Source of the DNA: Candidatus Poribacteria bacterium
Lineage (GTDB): Bacteria > Poribacteria > WGA-4E > WGA-3G
Direction: 5' to 3'
DNA length: 64,000 nucleotides
NCBI GenBank assembly: GCA_965205015.1
Contig: OZ242029.1
Span: forward strand, 5,088,001-5,152,000
Shown here: positions 53,101 to 61,700 of the stretch, piece by piece
How the letters are laid out: every line of letters starts with the position of its first letter
Numbering within the stretch: the first letter of the stretch is position 1
The notes under the pieces: generated by a model
Databases searched by the model: none
The model's input: only the letters and a program-made list of their open reading frames with translations
What the model was told of the DNA's origin: nothing
Translations under genes and position numbers: made by a program

Positions 53101-53141
53101 GAAAGCCAAAAGATGAGGAGGAAACGGATGTCAATAATTAA
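50112..53141 (+). CDS. cas10d: Type I-D large subunit Cas10d/Csc3 with HD domain
   Basis: AKGG, DQSMLTHVLNG, LHDLDK, CSLC...QVYSHK...GICRLC..EMMLRQ. SD GGAGG. Confidence 0.95.
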   Translation: MAKQLEMFGQLDNSEDKHEVTSIPTQLDQLIDLTDDEAELEEVSAYVALLKGIIPANDQVLRDYIEIVGPRMQKEYTLRSAKGGSVEKYAHNDDQSMLTHVLNGVFPTLQIVREARKLLSDIEKQLYLIAYTLHDLDKLVDIRELSVADAEKKREFYNYLDEWVERLHFDRFCSEYDEYREDIGYLILNTQVKYGADLNPRNFDRQLPPARHELLKNMCRCSDLIAYFMKNPASFLERQEIRDSLTLLSRGKLVFAYHKVSENRGMLTNVINNAILAEMRDNFEWKPFLFFPTGVTYLRNRESADTVLPTGDKIAAVVVEKLKTYCVSRLRQNLNGFTRGGKGFKYADYYDAFFQPHEMLELIQKGCFKILRHDKAPSAGKRLIKLQQLQAEGKIPEGISLNFEDDLRVDQLAEYLVEVEKLIGKFASRETVASEVLSYIGMSEWQEAFMSIPSQGGVPLPWYFIAGKYLSQNRGKDENDLRDLFEDIARHVTEMFTETGQNRQQSDIFVTLQDYVRQTVDIDGHQDIRQDFQTELDRYTNTKRIGRGSDKGCSLCSSAFQTQESSETDVIFAPQVYSHKNPINSGRVKRGICRLCQLEMMLRQILIRSRWNLVGGGYESVKIKWIYLYPSYFFTPETAAVIGKAYQNLKSLNFFDIRRKLHKGGSATNLIELDEFVIDTEIPDREKENLLKMDFGTNDLATFYFCGIPTLGTRPTDTESWAIPTFLGVLSTLAFNAKVVVTESQVPLYHSAEEFKETVILNAPHPFVTHILQKESLRIDEVEESLEKLAAVYDINIDAFRDGAKPQWQHLNSVAGNIESDPLYVFHYLDILRRKNKWDSFPKPKDGDIFIPQRYLQFYETLGGDKMSLIAGVAERCFNFYGPADRRIPYSVLRVISLIEDTIINSESTIKQVDLKWQARGVVHDLMRRIRNRSAQGYYRLSEEQEELEAIEALVDYFYEEVFKDYCGEQRAILRSRRNNLNSGINAWYQANWQQFRKPKDEEETDVNN
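52710..53141 (+). CDS. cas11d: Cas11d small subunit, internal in-frame start within cas10d
   Basis: GGAGGT SD 6 nt before an in-frame ATG at 52710, giving 143 aa. Internal translation is established for type I-D. Confidence 0.8.
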   Translation: MSLIAGVAERCFNFYGPADRRIPYSVLRVISLIEDTIINSESTIKQVDLKWQARGVVHDLMRRIRNRSAQGYYRLSEEQEELEAIEALVDYFYEEVFKDYCGEQRAILRSRRNNLNSGINAWYQANWQQFRKPKDEEETDVNN

Positions 53142-54138
53142 AATTCCCCAAACCATTGTCCCTGAGGACTGTTTTTTAGATACAATTCCCAAGGCCCCTG
53201 AAGGTCGATATGCCCACATTATTCTGATTCGAGAGACAGAATCTTATTCTGTATTCCAAACAGACGGAACGTTGAACATAGCCAACGTCAAAAGGGGATT
53301 GCAGGAAACAACCCCGTTAATTCGACTTGCCATGTTTAAGCGGAAGCAGACTTCTCCAGAACGCTTAACTGGTCGGGAACTCCTACGACGGGGGGGCATT
53401 ACACAGAATCAGGACAACAAAGCAGAGCCGAAGTACTGCGACTATAATGAGCATTTCTGCCAGAGTTGTCCGGACTGTGTCTATTACGGATTTGCAATCG
53501 GTGACGCTGGTGCTGAAAAGTCAAAGGTTTATGTGGATACTGCTTATTCCATCAGTGGTTATGATGAATCGCACCAGCAGTTTTCATTTAATGCTTTATT
53601 TGAAAAAGGAAATATGAGCCAAAAAGGTCAAGTCCGCTCCAGTTTTGGTGAGCAAGACCATATTGTTCCACAGGTCTACTTTCCCTCAGTCATTACTATC
53701 AAAGACGTGACACTCAATAGTTTCGCATACATACTAAATAACCTGTTGCGGACAAAACGCTATGGCGCACAGACAACGCGGACAGGTCGTCTTGCCAACC
53801 ATATCATTGGAGTTGTGTTCGCTGATGGTGAAATTTTCTCCAATCTCAAATTAACGCAAGCAATCTACGACGAACTCTCAGATGCTGGACAATTAGAGAA
53901 TATGCCGCTGAATCAAGCGGAGGTTCTTGAAAATGCTAAAGTCGTAATACCTCAACTTCTCAGCAACGACGGTGTCATTTTTAATCATGTCCACGATAAC
54001 GCACTTGACGAGCTAATTAGTTGTGTAACTACCGTAACCACCGACGCAGACAAACTCCGCACGTTTCTTGAGGAAACCAACGCTGAAACTACGGAATATT
54101 CAGAACGCGTCATCCAAAGTGAAAAAAAGAAAAAGTAA
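53128..54138 (+). CDS. cas7: Type I-D Cas7/Csc2
   Basis: KRKQ..PERLTGRELLR, C..CPDC..YG.A.G and RYGAQTTRTG motifs. Confidence 0.95.
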   Translation: MSIIKIPQTIVPEDCFLDTIPKAPEGRYAHIILIRETESYSVFQTDGTLNIANVKRGLQETTPLIRLAMFKRKQTSPERLTGRELLRRGGITQNQDNKAEPKYCDYNEHFCQSCPDCVYYGFAIGDAGAEKSKVYVDTAYSISGYDESHQQFSFNALFEKGNMSQKGQVRSSFGEQDHIVPQVYFPSVITIKDVTLNSFAYILNNLLRTKRYGAQTTRTGRLANHIIGVVFADGEIFSNLKLTQAIYDELSDAGQLENMPLNQAEVLENAKVVIPQLLSNDGVIFNHVHDNALDELISCVTTVTTDADKLRTFLEETNAETTEYSERVIQSEKKKK

Positions 54139-54149
54139 GGAGCCACCAA

Positions 54150-54806
54150 ATGCACGTCGCAAAATGTCGCCTCGTTTTACACGATTCCCTCTATTATGCG
54201 ACCCGTGAGATGGGCCGGCTCTATGAAACGGAAAAGGTTATCCATAATTGGGCACTGACATACGCATTGGGATTCATCCAGAAACCGTATTATTGCCCTA
54301 ATAGTGTTCCGACCTATCAGGACGACCTTCAACCGATTAACGAGGTAGGCGTTTATGTTACGCCTGCCAAACCTATTCATTGTGACTACGTGATTAACAC
54401 TTTTAAATTCGCGGATAACCGGCACCGCGCGTTTTCAACCCCGAATCGTACCAATAAACCTTCCTATGGAAAAGCAAAGGAACTTGCACCTGAAAGTAAA
54501 TTTGAGTTTTTCATTATCGGTGAATTGCCCGATCGGCTCCCAAAATGGATCCGGTTAGGGTTGTGGATGAGCAAAGCACGGGTTGAGGTTAAGGATGTGA
54601 AATCGTCATTAACACCGAAAAGTGGGATCTTCACATGTTCACATCTCCTGAACCCGATAGACCTTCCTTTTTTGCCGGAGTTATATGATCTCATTTCGAT
54701 GCCACCGGTGAGTTTGCTGCAAAATGCACGATTTAACGGTGAATATGTTGAATTCGGTGATGTCTGTTTGCCAGCATCTATGGCTTACTTTGCTGGCGCA
54801 ACATAA
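54150..54806 (+). CDS. cas5: Type I-D Cas5/Csc1
   Basis: LHD.LYYATREMG.LYETE..IHN.AL.YALG, PKWIRLG.WMSKA and LLNP.D motifs. Confidence 0.95.
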   Translation: MHVAKCRLVLHDSLYYATREMGRLYETEKVIHNWALTYALGFIQKPYYCPNSVPTYQDDLQPINEVGVYVTPAKPIHCDYVINTFKFADNRHRAFSTPNRTNKPSYGKAKELAPESKFEFFIIGELPDRLPKWIRLGLWMSKARVEVKDVKSSLTPKSGIFTCSHLLNPIDLPFLPELYDLISMPPVSLLQNARFNGEYVEFGDVCLPASMAYFAGAT

Positions 54807-54816
54807 GGAGTCCGTT

Positions 54817-55647
54817 ATGCCTATCAGCACACTTATCTCACTCATCCCTGAAACCGATGTGATACTCCGTCCCACGATGGGACACCACGCACACGCCGCG
54901 TTCCTTTCGATTCTCAAACAAAGCAATCCAGAGGTTGCCGCAGCTGTTCACGCGCCCGCGGCACAGAAACCGTTCACCGTCTCGCCGCTCATCGCGGCGG
55001 CGAAAAATCGGAATCATCGACTCCATATCAAGGCAGGAACCGAGTGCAGGCTCCGGTTTACGTTCCTTGATGATGAACTCTTTACACACTTCGGGAAAGC
55101 CTTCTTGACGCTCACGATGCCGCCCATTCGGTTAGGGGAGGCGGTCTTTCAAGTGAGACAAATGGTCTCGCACGCTACAGAGGAACGGAGTTGGAGTAAG
55201 AGTGAAACCTACGCCGACCTCGTCCAAGCTGCAAAGACGGATACCCAGATGTCGTTCCGCTTCTACTCACCAACCGCCTTCCGCGGGATGACACCGCGCG
55301 GACAAAAGACCCGTAAAGAAGCAAACCTCGATCTCATCCGATGCTATCAGAGTTGGGTGAACAAGTGGAACGCCTTCTCGCCCATAAAACTCGACAGAGC
55401 CGAAATTCTCACGTTCGTCCGAGAATATATTCAGTTGACGAGCGTCGCGACGGAGACGAAGAACCTTAACTTCGGAAAACATACCGAATTCGGATGGGTA
55501 GGGACATGTGCTTTTATTTTTTATCCTGAGCGTTCATTTGATGAGCATCTACTCCGCGCAGTTAACTGCTTAGCGGATTTCGCCTTTTACTGCGGCACCG
55601 GTTATAAGACAACGATGGGGATGGGGCAGACGAGACGGATAGATTGA
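54817..55647 (+). CDS. cas6: CRISPR RNA processing endoribonuclease Cas6
   Basis: KPFTVSPL, F.SPTAF and C-terminal G-rich loop YCGTGYKTTMGMGQ. Confidence 0.95.
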   Translation: MPISTLISLIPETDVILRPTMGHHAHAAFLSILKQSNPEVAAAVHAPAAQKPFTVSPLIAAAKNRNHRLHIKAGTECRLRFTFLDDELFTHFGKAFLTLTMPPIRLGEAVFQVRQMVSHATEERSWSKSETYADLVQAAKTDTQMSFRFYSPTAFRGMTPRGQKTRKEANLDLIRCYQSWVNKWNAFSPIKLDRAEILTFVREYIQLTSVATETKNLNFGKHTEFGWVGTCAFIFYPERSFDEHLLRAVNCLADFAFYCGTGYKTTMGMGQTRRID

Positions 55648-55785
55648 ATGGAATAGGATGGGATGGAAGAAGGGAAGGATGGAAGAAGGGAGGGTTGGAA
55701 GGGGCAAGTTGGATGGGATAGGGAAGGATGGGGGATTGGAAGAACGGAAGAAGGGACTGGAAGGTTGGAAGGTTGGAAAACTGGA
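55646..55785 (+). repeat. Purine-rich GGAAG/GGATG short-period repeats
   Basis: Low-complexity tract. Pyrimidine-rich counterparts at 56449-56541. Confidence 0.8.
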
Positions 55786-55787
55786 TT

Positions 55788-55913
55788 TTATAGTAGATCC
55801 TAAAAATAAGTTTACACTTGTAGCATAGGCTGTTAGCCTGTGCCAGCGTGAGATGTAACCTCACAATTTACCCTATGATACGAGTGTCCAGGTAATTACG
55901 GGATCCACTATAA
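55788..55913. mobile_element. Divergent member of the 127-bp MITE family inside the cas locus
   Basis: TTATAGTAGATCC...GGATCCACTATAA termini. Shares AAAAATAAGT, the GTAGCA hairpin and GTGTCCAxGTAATTA with 9214-9340. Confidence 0.8.
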
Positions 55914-55922
55914 TATGGGAGG

Positions 55923-56393
55923 ATGGATATGGATGAACGATTGGAGCGTCGAAAGAATATCAATCGAGGGTATCGCAAATTGAAGACTTGGCAGATGGCA
56001 ATCGAATTGTACGCTTTCTTGTGTAAGAAAGTCGAGGAAATTCCAGGCTCCCCGTATCGTTTGATCGCACAGATTTTAGATGCGGGATCGTCAATCTCTG
56101 CTAATATTGCCGAGGGATACTGCAGGCGTTCTTTGAAGGAGTATCTCTACTTTCTCAATGTCGCATTGGCATCTGCTGGAGAAGTATACTCTCGGTGTTA
56201 CGCATGCTACCGGGCCGGACAGTTTTCAGGGACAACATTTGATGCCATTGATGAACAGCACTATGCGATGGAAAACGCGTTGCTTCGGCAAATTAAATCG
56301 CTTCAGGCAAAACAGCGGACCGGGGAATGGGAGGACAATCTGTTTCTCCGTGAAGACGAAGTCATCTACCTTCTAAATCAAATTGACGAATAG
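55923..56393 (+). CDS. Four-helix bundle protein (23S rRNA-IVP/bAvd-like)
   Basis: YRKLKTWQ.A..L, QI..A.SSISANIAEGY.R and FL.VA..S..E motifs. Confidence 0.9.
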   Translation: MDMDERLERRKNINRGYRKLKTWQMAIELYAFLCKKVEEIPGSPYRLIAQILDAGSSISANIAEGYCRRSLKEYLYFLNVALASAGEVYSRCYACYRAGQFSGTTFDAIDEQHYAMENALLRQIKSLQAKQRTGEWEDNLFLREDEVIYLLNQIDE

Positions 56394-56557
56394 AATAGGA
56401 GAAGACAAAGAAGGATAAGAGGAAAATAGGAAGATTGGCGGATTGAAACTTTCCATCCTTCCACGCCTCCACCTTTGATTAAATATGGTATATGGGTGTA
56501 GAGAAGCATATCCGCTTCCATCCTTCCACTCTTCCTTCCACTAAAGGAGCAATTAGC

Positions 56558-58195
56558 ATGTCTGAGAATTACATTCCACTTTCACAAATAAACACTTATG
56601 TTTTCTGTCCTCGACGGTTCTACTATGAATCTGTTGAGGGGCATCAGGTCGTTAATGATCATGTTGAAGAAGGCAAAATCAAACATGAAAACGTCCACAC
56701 AGCGGTGACTGATCGGAAAAAAGGAGACAAAACGATCTCGCGTCGGCAATACCTCGCTTCCGATGCCTTGGGGGTCTCCGGCTACACCGACCTTGTTGAG
56801 GAGAAAAACGGGGTCCCGTATCCCGTTGAATTCAAGAAGGCAGGTATGGGAAATTGGCTGAACGATCAGGTTCAACTCTGCTTGCAAGGACTGTTGTTGG
56901 AGGAGAAAACGGGGATTTCAATCCCTCACGGTTACGTCTTCTATATCGGTTCCAAGCGACGACGGAAAGTTCCGTTTGACAAAGAACTCCGTGAAGCCAC
57001 ACGCCGATATGTGGCAGAAGCACGCGCACTCCTTGAGTCCCGAAAAATTCCTGAACCCGTTCACGATAACCGATGCAACGGCTGCAGCGTCCGTCCGATC
57101 TGTCTACCTGACGAGGTCGCTTATCTCCATGCGTTAGATGAACGACCCAAGCGCATTAAACCCGCACTCGGTATTGATAGCGTGCTTTACGTTGACGAGC
57201 AAGGATGTGCGATCAAAAAGACAGGGGAACGTATTCTCGTTGCTAAAGAAAACGAAATCCTTCGAGATATTCCGCTGATCCATCTCGGACAGGTCGTTAT
57301 CTCTGGGAACGTTAACCTGACAACGCCTGCGATGCAAACACTCTTACATGAGGGGATCCCTGTGGTGTTTCTCTCCGCATACGGACGCTACCATGGCGCA
57401 TTGACCCCACAGGTGTCTCGGAATTCTCTTTTACGGAGTGCACAACATCGCACAGCGAGTCGTCCGGATGCCTGTCTTGAATTGTCGAAGGCTTTTGTGC
57501 ACGGAAAAGTGGTGAACATGCGGACGATGCTCCAACGCAGGAAATGGCAGACGCCGGATAGCACAGATTCGGCATTGGAACCCTTGCTTGCTAATATTAA
57601 GGCGATGCAGGCGATGGAGAAACGCATCCATAAAGCGACAGAACTTTCAGAATTATTGGGCGTAGAAGGGAACGCGTCCGCTGCGTATTTCGGGGCATTC
57701 AACTTTATGCTAAAGGAGACGGTGGGTTTTGATTTCCAACGGCGGAGTCGCCGTCCACCCGCGGATCCAACCAACGCACTCCTGAGTTTCGCGTATTCAT
57801 TGCTGACAGCTGATCTCATGTCGGCAATCCAGACTGTAGGGTTAGACCCTTATGTCGGTTTCTTTCATCAGATTAAGTATGGCAAGCCGTGTCTTGCCCT
57901 TGATTTGATGGAGGAATTCCGTCCTATTGTCGCGGATTCGGTTGTGATTACGCTTATCAACAACCGCCGCATCAAGCCCACAGATTTCACGCAGGTCCAC
58001 GGGGGGTGGTATCTGAAGGAGAAGTGTCGGAAAGTGTTTTACGCCGCGTATGAGACACGGAAAAATGAGACCATTACACATCCGGTTTTTAAGTATAAAC
58101 TCTCATTTCGGCGTGCTATGGAATTGCAGGTCCGCTTGCTGGCGAAATATCTAACGGGAGAAATTGATCAGTATACACCCTTAACAGTTCGGTAG
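56558..58195 (+). CDS. cas1: Cas4-Cas1 fusion
   Basis: N-terminal Cas4 (FCPRR, PVEFK, QLCLQ, C..CS..PIC) continuous with Cas1 (GVEGNAS..YF, RRPP.DP.NALLSF.Y, LALDLMEEFR). Confidence 0.95.
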   Translation: MSENYIPLSQINTYVFCPRRFYYESVEGHQVVNDHVEEGKIKHENVHTAVTDRKKGDKTISRRQYLASDALGVSGYTDLVEEKNGVPYPVEFKKAGMGNWLNDQVQLCLQGLLLEEKTGISIPHGYVFYIGSKRRRKVPFDKELREATRRYVAEARALLESRKIPEPVHDNRCNGCSVRPICLPDEVAYLHALDERPKRIKPALGIDSVLYVDEQGCAIKKTGERILVAKENEILRDIPLIHLGQVVISGNVNLTTPAMQTLLHEGIPVVFLSAYGRYHGALTPQVSRNSLLRSAQHRTASRPDACLELSKAFVHGKVVNMRTMLQRRKWQTPDSTDSALEPLLANIKAMQAMEKRIHKATELSELLGVEGNASAAYFGAFNFMLKETVGFDFQRRSRRPPADPTNALLSFAYSLLTADLMSAIQTVGLDPYVGFFHQIKYGKPCLALDLMEEFRPIVADSVVITLINNRRIKPTDFTQVHGGWYLKEKCRKVFYAAYETRKNETITHPVFKYKLSFRRAMELQVRLLAKYLTGEIDQYTPLTVR

Positions 58196-58318
58196 TACCG
58201 AAATCCCATGAGCATGTAAGGAAAGAGAATGGAAGAGAGATAGAATAGATAGGACTTCCGCCCTTCCCATCTTTCGCTCTATGTGGGATTCAGGCGGAAG
58301 TTTTATGAGGAGGCACCA

Positions 58319-58591
58319 ATGTATTACACAGTCGCTTATGATATTACAGATGACAAACGTCGGAACAAGGTCGCTAAAATACTGAAGGATTTTGGGACCC
58401 GCATCCAATATAGCGTTTTTGAATGTGATACGGATCGGCGTGCATTACTGCGCTTGCAAAGTCGATTGGAGAAGGTAGTTAATTTCAGTGAGGATACGAT
58501 CACTTTTTATCATCTGTGTGGCGCATGTGAGAAGCAAATCGATCGGATAGGTCTGAAAAAAGGACTTGACAAACAGTCGTATATTGTGTAA
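58319..58591 (+). CDS. cas2: CRISPR-associated endonuclease Cas2
   Basis: VAYDI.DDKRR.KV.K.LK.FG.RIQYSVFE. SD GAGGAGG. Confidence 0.96.
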   Translation: MYYTVAYDITDDKRRNKVAKILKDFGTRIQYSVFECDTDRRALLRLQSRLEKVVNFSEDTITFYHLCGACEKQIDRIGLKKGLDKQSYIV

Positions 58592-58777
58592 AATTGCTTC
58601 TGTGAGCGAAAGCGGATCAGAAAACCCTTGACCCTCACAGAAAGGTGGAAACGCTTATGAGGCGTGCTTTCATACTTTCATTAGAATATTTCTACCCATT
58701 ATGGTTACGACGAAATACCTCGCTCATAGAAACATCTATGATAGAGGCACGTCCAGTAAGGCTTCCCGCAGGGCGGA
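58592..58777 (+). promoter_or_regulatory. CRISPR leader
   Basis: Non-coding stretch between cas2 and the first repeat, with a TGAGCGA/TCGCTCA inverted pair. Confidence 0.7.
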
Positions 58778-61700
58778 CTTGAAAAGATAAGACTCTCGAT
58801 TACGAGATTGAAACTTCACAACCCGTCTTGAGGGTGAGATTGAAAAGCCGACTTGAAAAGATAAGACTCTCGATTACGAGATTGAAACCCGGGAAACGCG
58901 CCCATCGGCACCACCGAGACTTCAACCTTGAAAAGATAAGACTCTCGATTACGAGATTGAAACGAATGGAACGTCCGATTATTATCCTTTTCTCCGCCTC
59001 TTGAAAAGATAAGACTCTCGATTACGAGATTGAAACTGGTCCCCTACCAGTTATTCCAGTTGCAAGAACATCGCTTGAAAAGATAAGACTCTCGATTACG
59101 AGATTGAAACTATAAGAACCGAACTGGTAAATGCTCTTACCAAGCACTTGAAAAGATAAGACTCTCGATTACGAGATTGAAACGATGATGATATGCACGT
59201 TTCTGAAGCCTCTCGTACGGCTTGAAAAGATAAGACTCTCGATTACGAGATTGAAACTTAATGATGATTTTATTCACCACTTTGGACTGGGTGGTGTTGC
59301 TTGAAAAGATAAGACTCTCGATTACGAGATTGAAACCTTAGGATATGCAAGAAGTGGTCGACCGGCTCCCGGGAGCTTGAAAAGATAAGACTCTCGATTA
59401 CGAGATTGAAACAAAGGCAGTACGAATACAACTTAAAAACCCATTAATCCTACTTGAAAAGATAAGACTCTCGATTACGAGATTGAAACTAACCCTAATT
59501 TGAGTGTTAAGATACAAAATATTAACTTGAAAAGATAAGACTCTCGATTACGAGATTGAAACATAGGGAAAAACGGCTTTTATGTGGCATCAGAATCACT
59601 TGAAAAGATAAGACTCTCGATTACGAGATTGAAACTCCAAGCGACCTACTGGACGCAAGTCCAAGATCACCGAAACTTGAAAAGATAAGACTCTCGATTA
59701 CGAGATTGAAACTGTTAGGTGCGGGATGTGCCCCACACTGATAACGATACTTGAAAAGATAAGACTCTCGATTACGAGATTGAAACGTTTCTGCTGATAT
59801 TGCAGCCAATTCAACAGCAACAGCTTGAAAAGATAAGACTCTCGATTACGAGATTGAAACTCGGTTGGATAATCCGGATCCTACATCATTTGCCAACGCC
59901 CTTGAAAAGATAAGACTCTCGATTACGAGATTGAAACCAGATAGTCAACAATTGCTGAATCGTAAGGGGTATAGGTGCTTGAAAAGATAAGACTCTCGAT
60001 TACGAGATTGAAACAAAGAGGTAACCGTACCTGTTGCTTTTGAACTTACGAACTCTTGAAAAGATAAGACTCTCGATTACGAGATTGAAACCTTCGTAAC
60101 TGTTGAGCCGCCCCCTGCGGAAACCAACCTTGAAAAGATAAGACTCTCGATTACGAGATTGAAACCAGCCGGCTTGACGGATCACTTTGCCGTCTTTGAC
60201 AAACTTGAAAAGATAAGACTCTCGATTACGAGATTGAAACTATGATCAGATTCGTCAAGCCTGCTTGGGTGTCATTGCTTGAAAAGATAAGACTCTCGAT
60301 TACGAGATTGAAACATTTCGTGATATACTCGAGAAAAAGGGGATTGACACCTTGAAAAGATAAGACTCTCGATTACGAGATTGAAACCATATTCTAAAAG
60401 TCAATGATAATATCGTCATCTTCGCTTGAAAAGATAAGACTCTCGATTACGAGATTGAAACTGTTATGGACCTGCTGGATCACTAATGACATTTTGCCTT
60501 GAAAAGATAAGACTCTCGATTACGAGATTGAAACGAGAATGAGATACCAGACCCTGGAATAATCCCATTCTTGAAAAGATAAGACTCTCGATTACGAGAT
60601 TGAAACACGATGCGCGTGTTCGATCCGAACGTTCAGGCCCTGACTTGAAAAGATAAGACTCTCGATTACGAGATTGAAACTAAAACCGAATCGGAATGTC
60701 CAACGCCTTCGCAAACGCTTGAAAAGATAAGACTCTCGATTACGAGATTGAAACTTTGATTGGCTCATCGAAAAAGAGTTTTTGCACGCTGACTTGAAAA
60801 GATAAGACTCTCGATTACGAGATTGAAACGACGTTGTTGCTTTTCAATACGAGTGCTATCGAATTCTTGAAAAGATAAGACTCTCGATTACGAGATTGAA
60901 ACCCGTGAGAACGATCTGCCAGTGCCCCATCGCGACGCCCGCTTGAAAAGATAAGACTCTCGATTACGAGATTGAAACTCGGTTACCGCATTGGGAGCGA
61001 TTCTCAGTTGCGTGTCTTGAAAAGATAAGACTCTCGATTACGAGATTGAAACTCCCGTCGTCGAACTCGGCACAGACGCGACCTCCACACTTGAAAAGAT
61101 AAGACTCTCGATTACGAGATTGAAACTGGACATCGACAGACACATGTAGCGACGTGTCCAACCCCTTGAAAAGATAAGACTCTCGATTACGAGATTGAAA
61201 CGATATTGCGTATACGAACATTGCGGGCGAGGATGTCCTTGAAAAGATAAGACTCTCGATTACGAGATTGAAACACAACGCTACATCCAGCGGCACGGCG
61301 GCAAGAGCGAGATCACTTGAAAAGATAAGACTCTCGATTACGAGATTGAAACTGCTCGACTGGTCCAACCAGACAGGTGGAAAGTATATCCTTGAAAAGA
61401 TAAGACTCTCGATTACGAGATTGAAACAGTGCGTCCAGTTGTTCGCTCAGGGGTGTGGTATCGCTCTTGAAAAGATAAGACTCTCGATTACGAGATTGAA
61501 ACGTTGAGGGTCGCCTCGCAGCGTTGGCGTTCCAGTATGACTTCCTCTTGAAAAGATAAGACTCTCGATTACGAGATTGAAACTACATTGTCGCGAATGA
61601 GAACGTGACGGGACTGGAATTCTTGAAAAGATAAGACTCTCGATTACGAGATTGAAACAGGATTACACGACCTTCGCGGAAGCTCGAAAACTTAACACTT

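Noticed and set aside
56410-56449. Possible degenerate CRISPR repeat (GAAGGATAAGA...GATTGGCGGATTGAAAC)
   Set aside because: It lacks the repeat hairpin, the spacing is off, it sits in a low-complexity purine tract and no second pseudo-repeat was found. A CreA-like mini-array is unsupported.
58815-58851. First spacer contains GAGATTGAAA, matching the repeat 3' end
   Set aside because: Only 10 nt in a normal-length spacer; plausible by chance.
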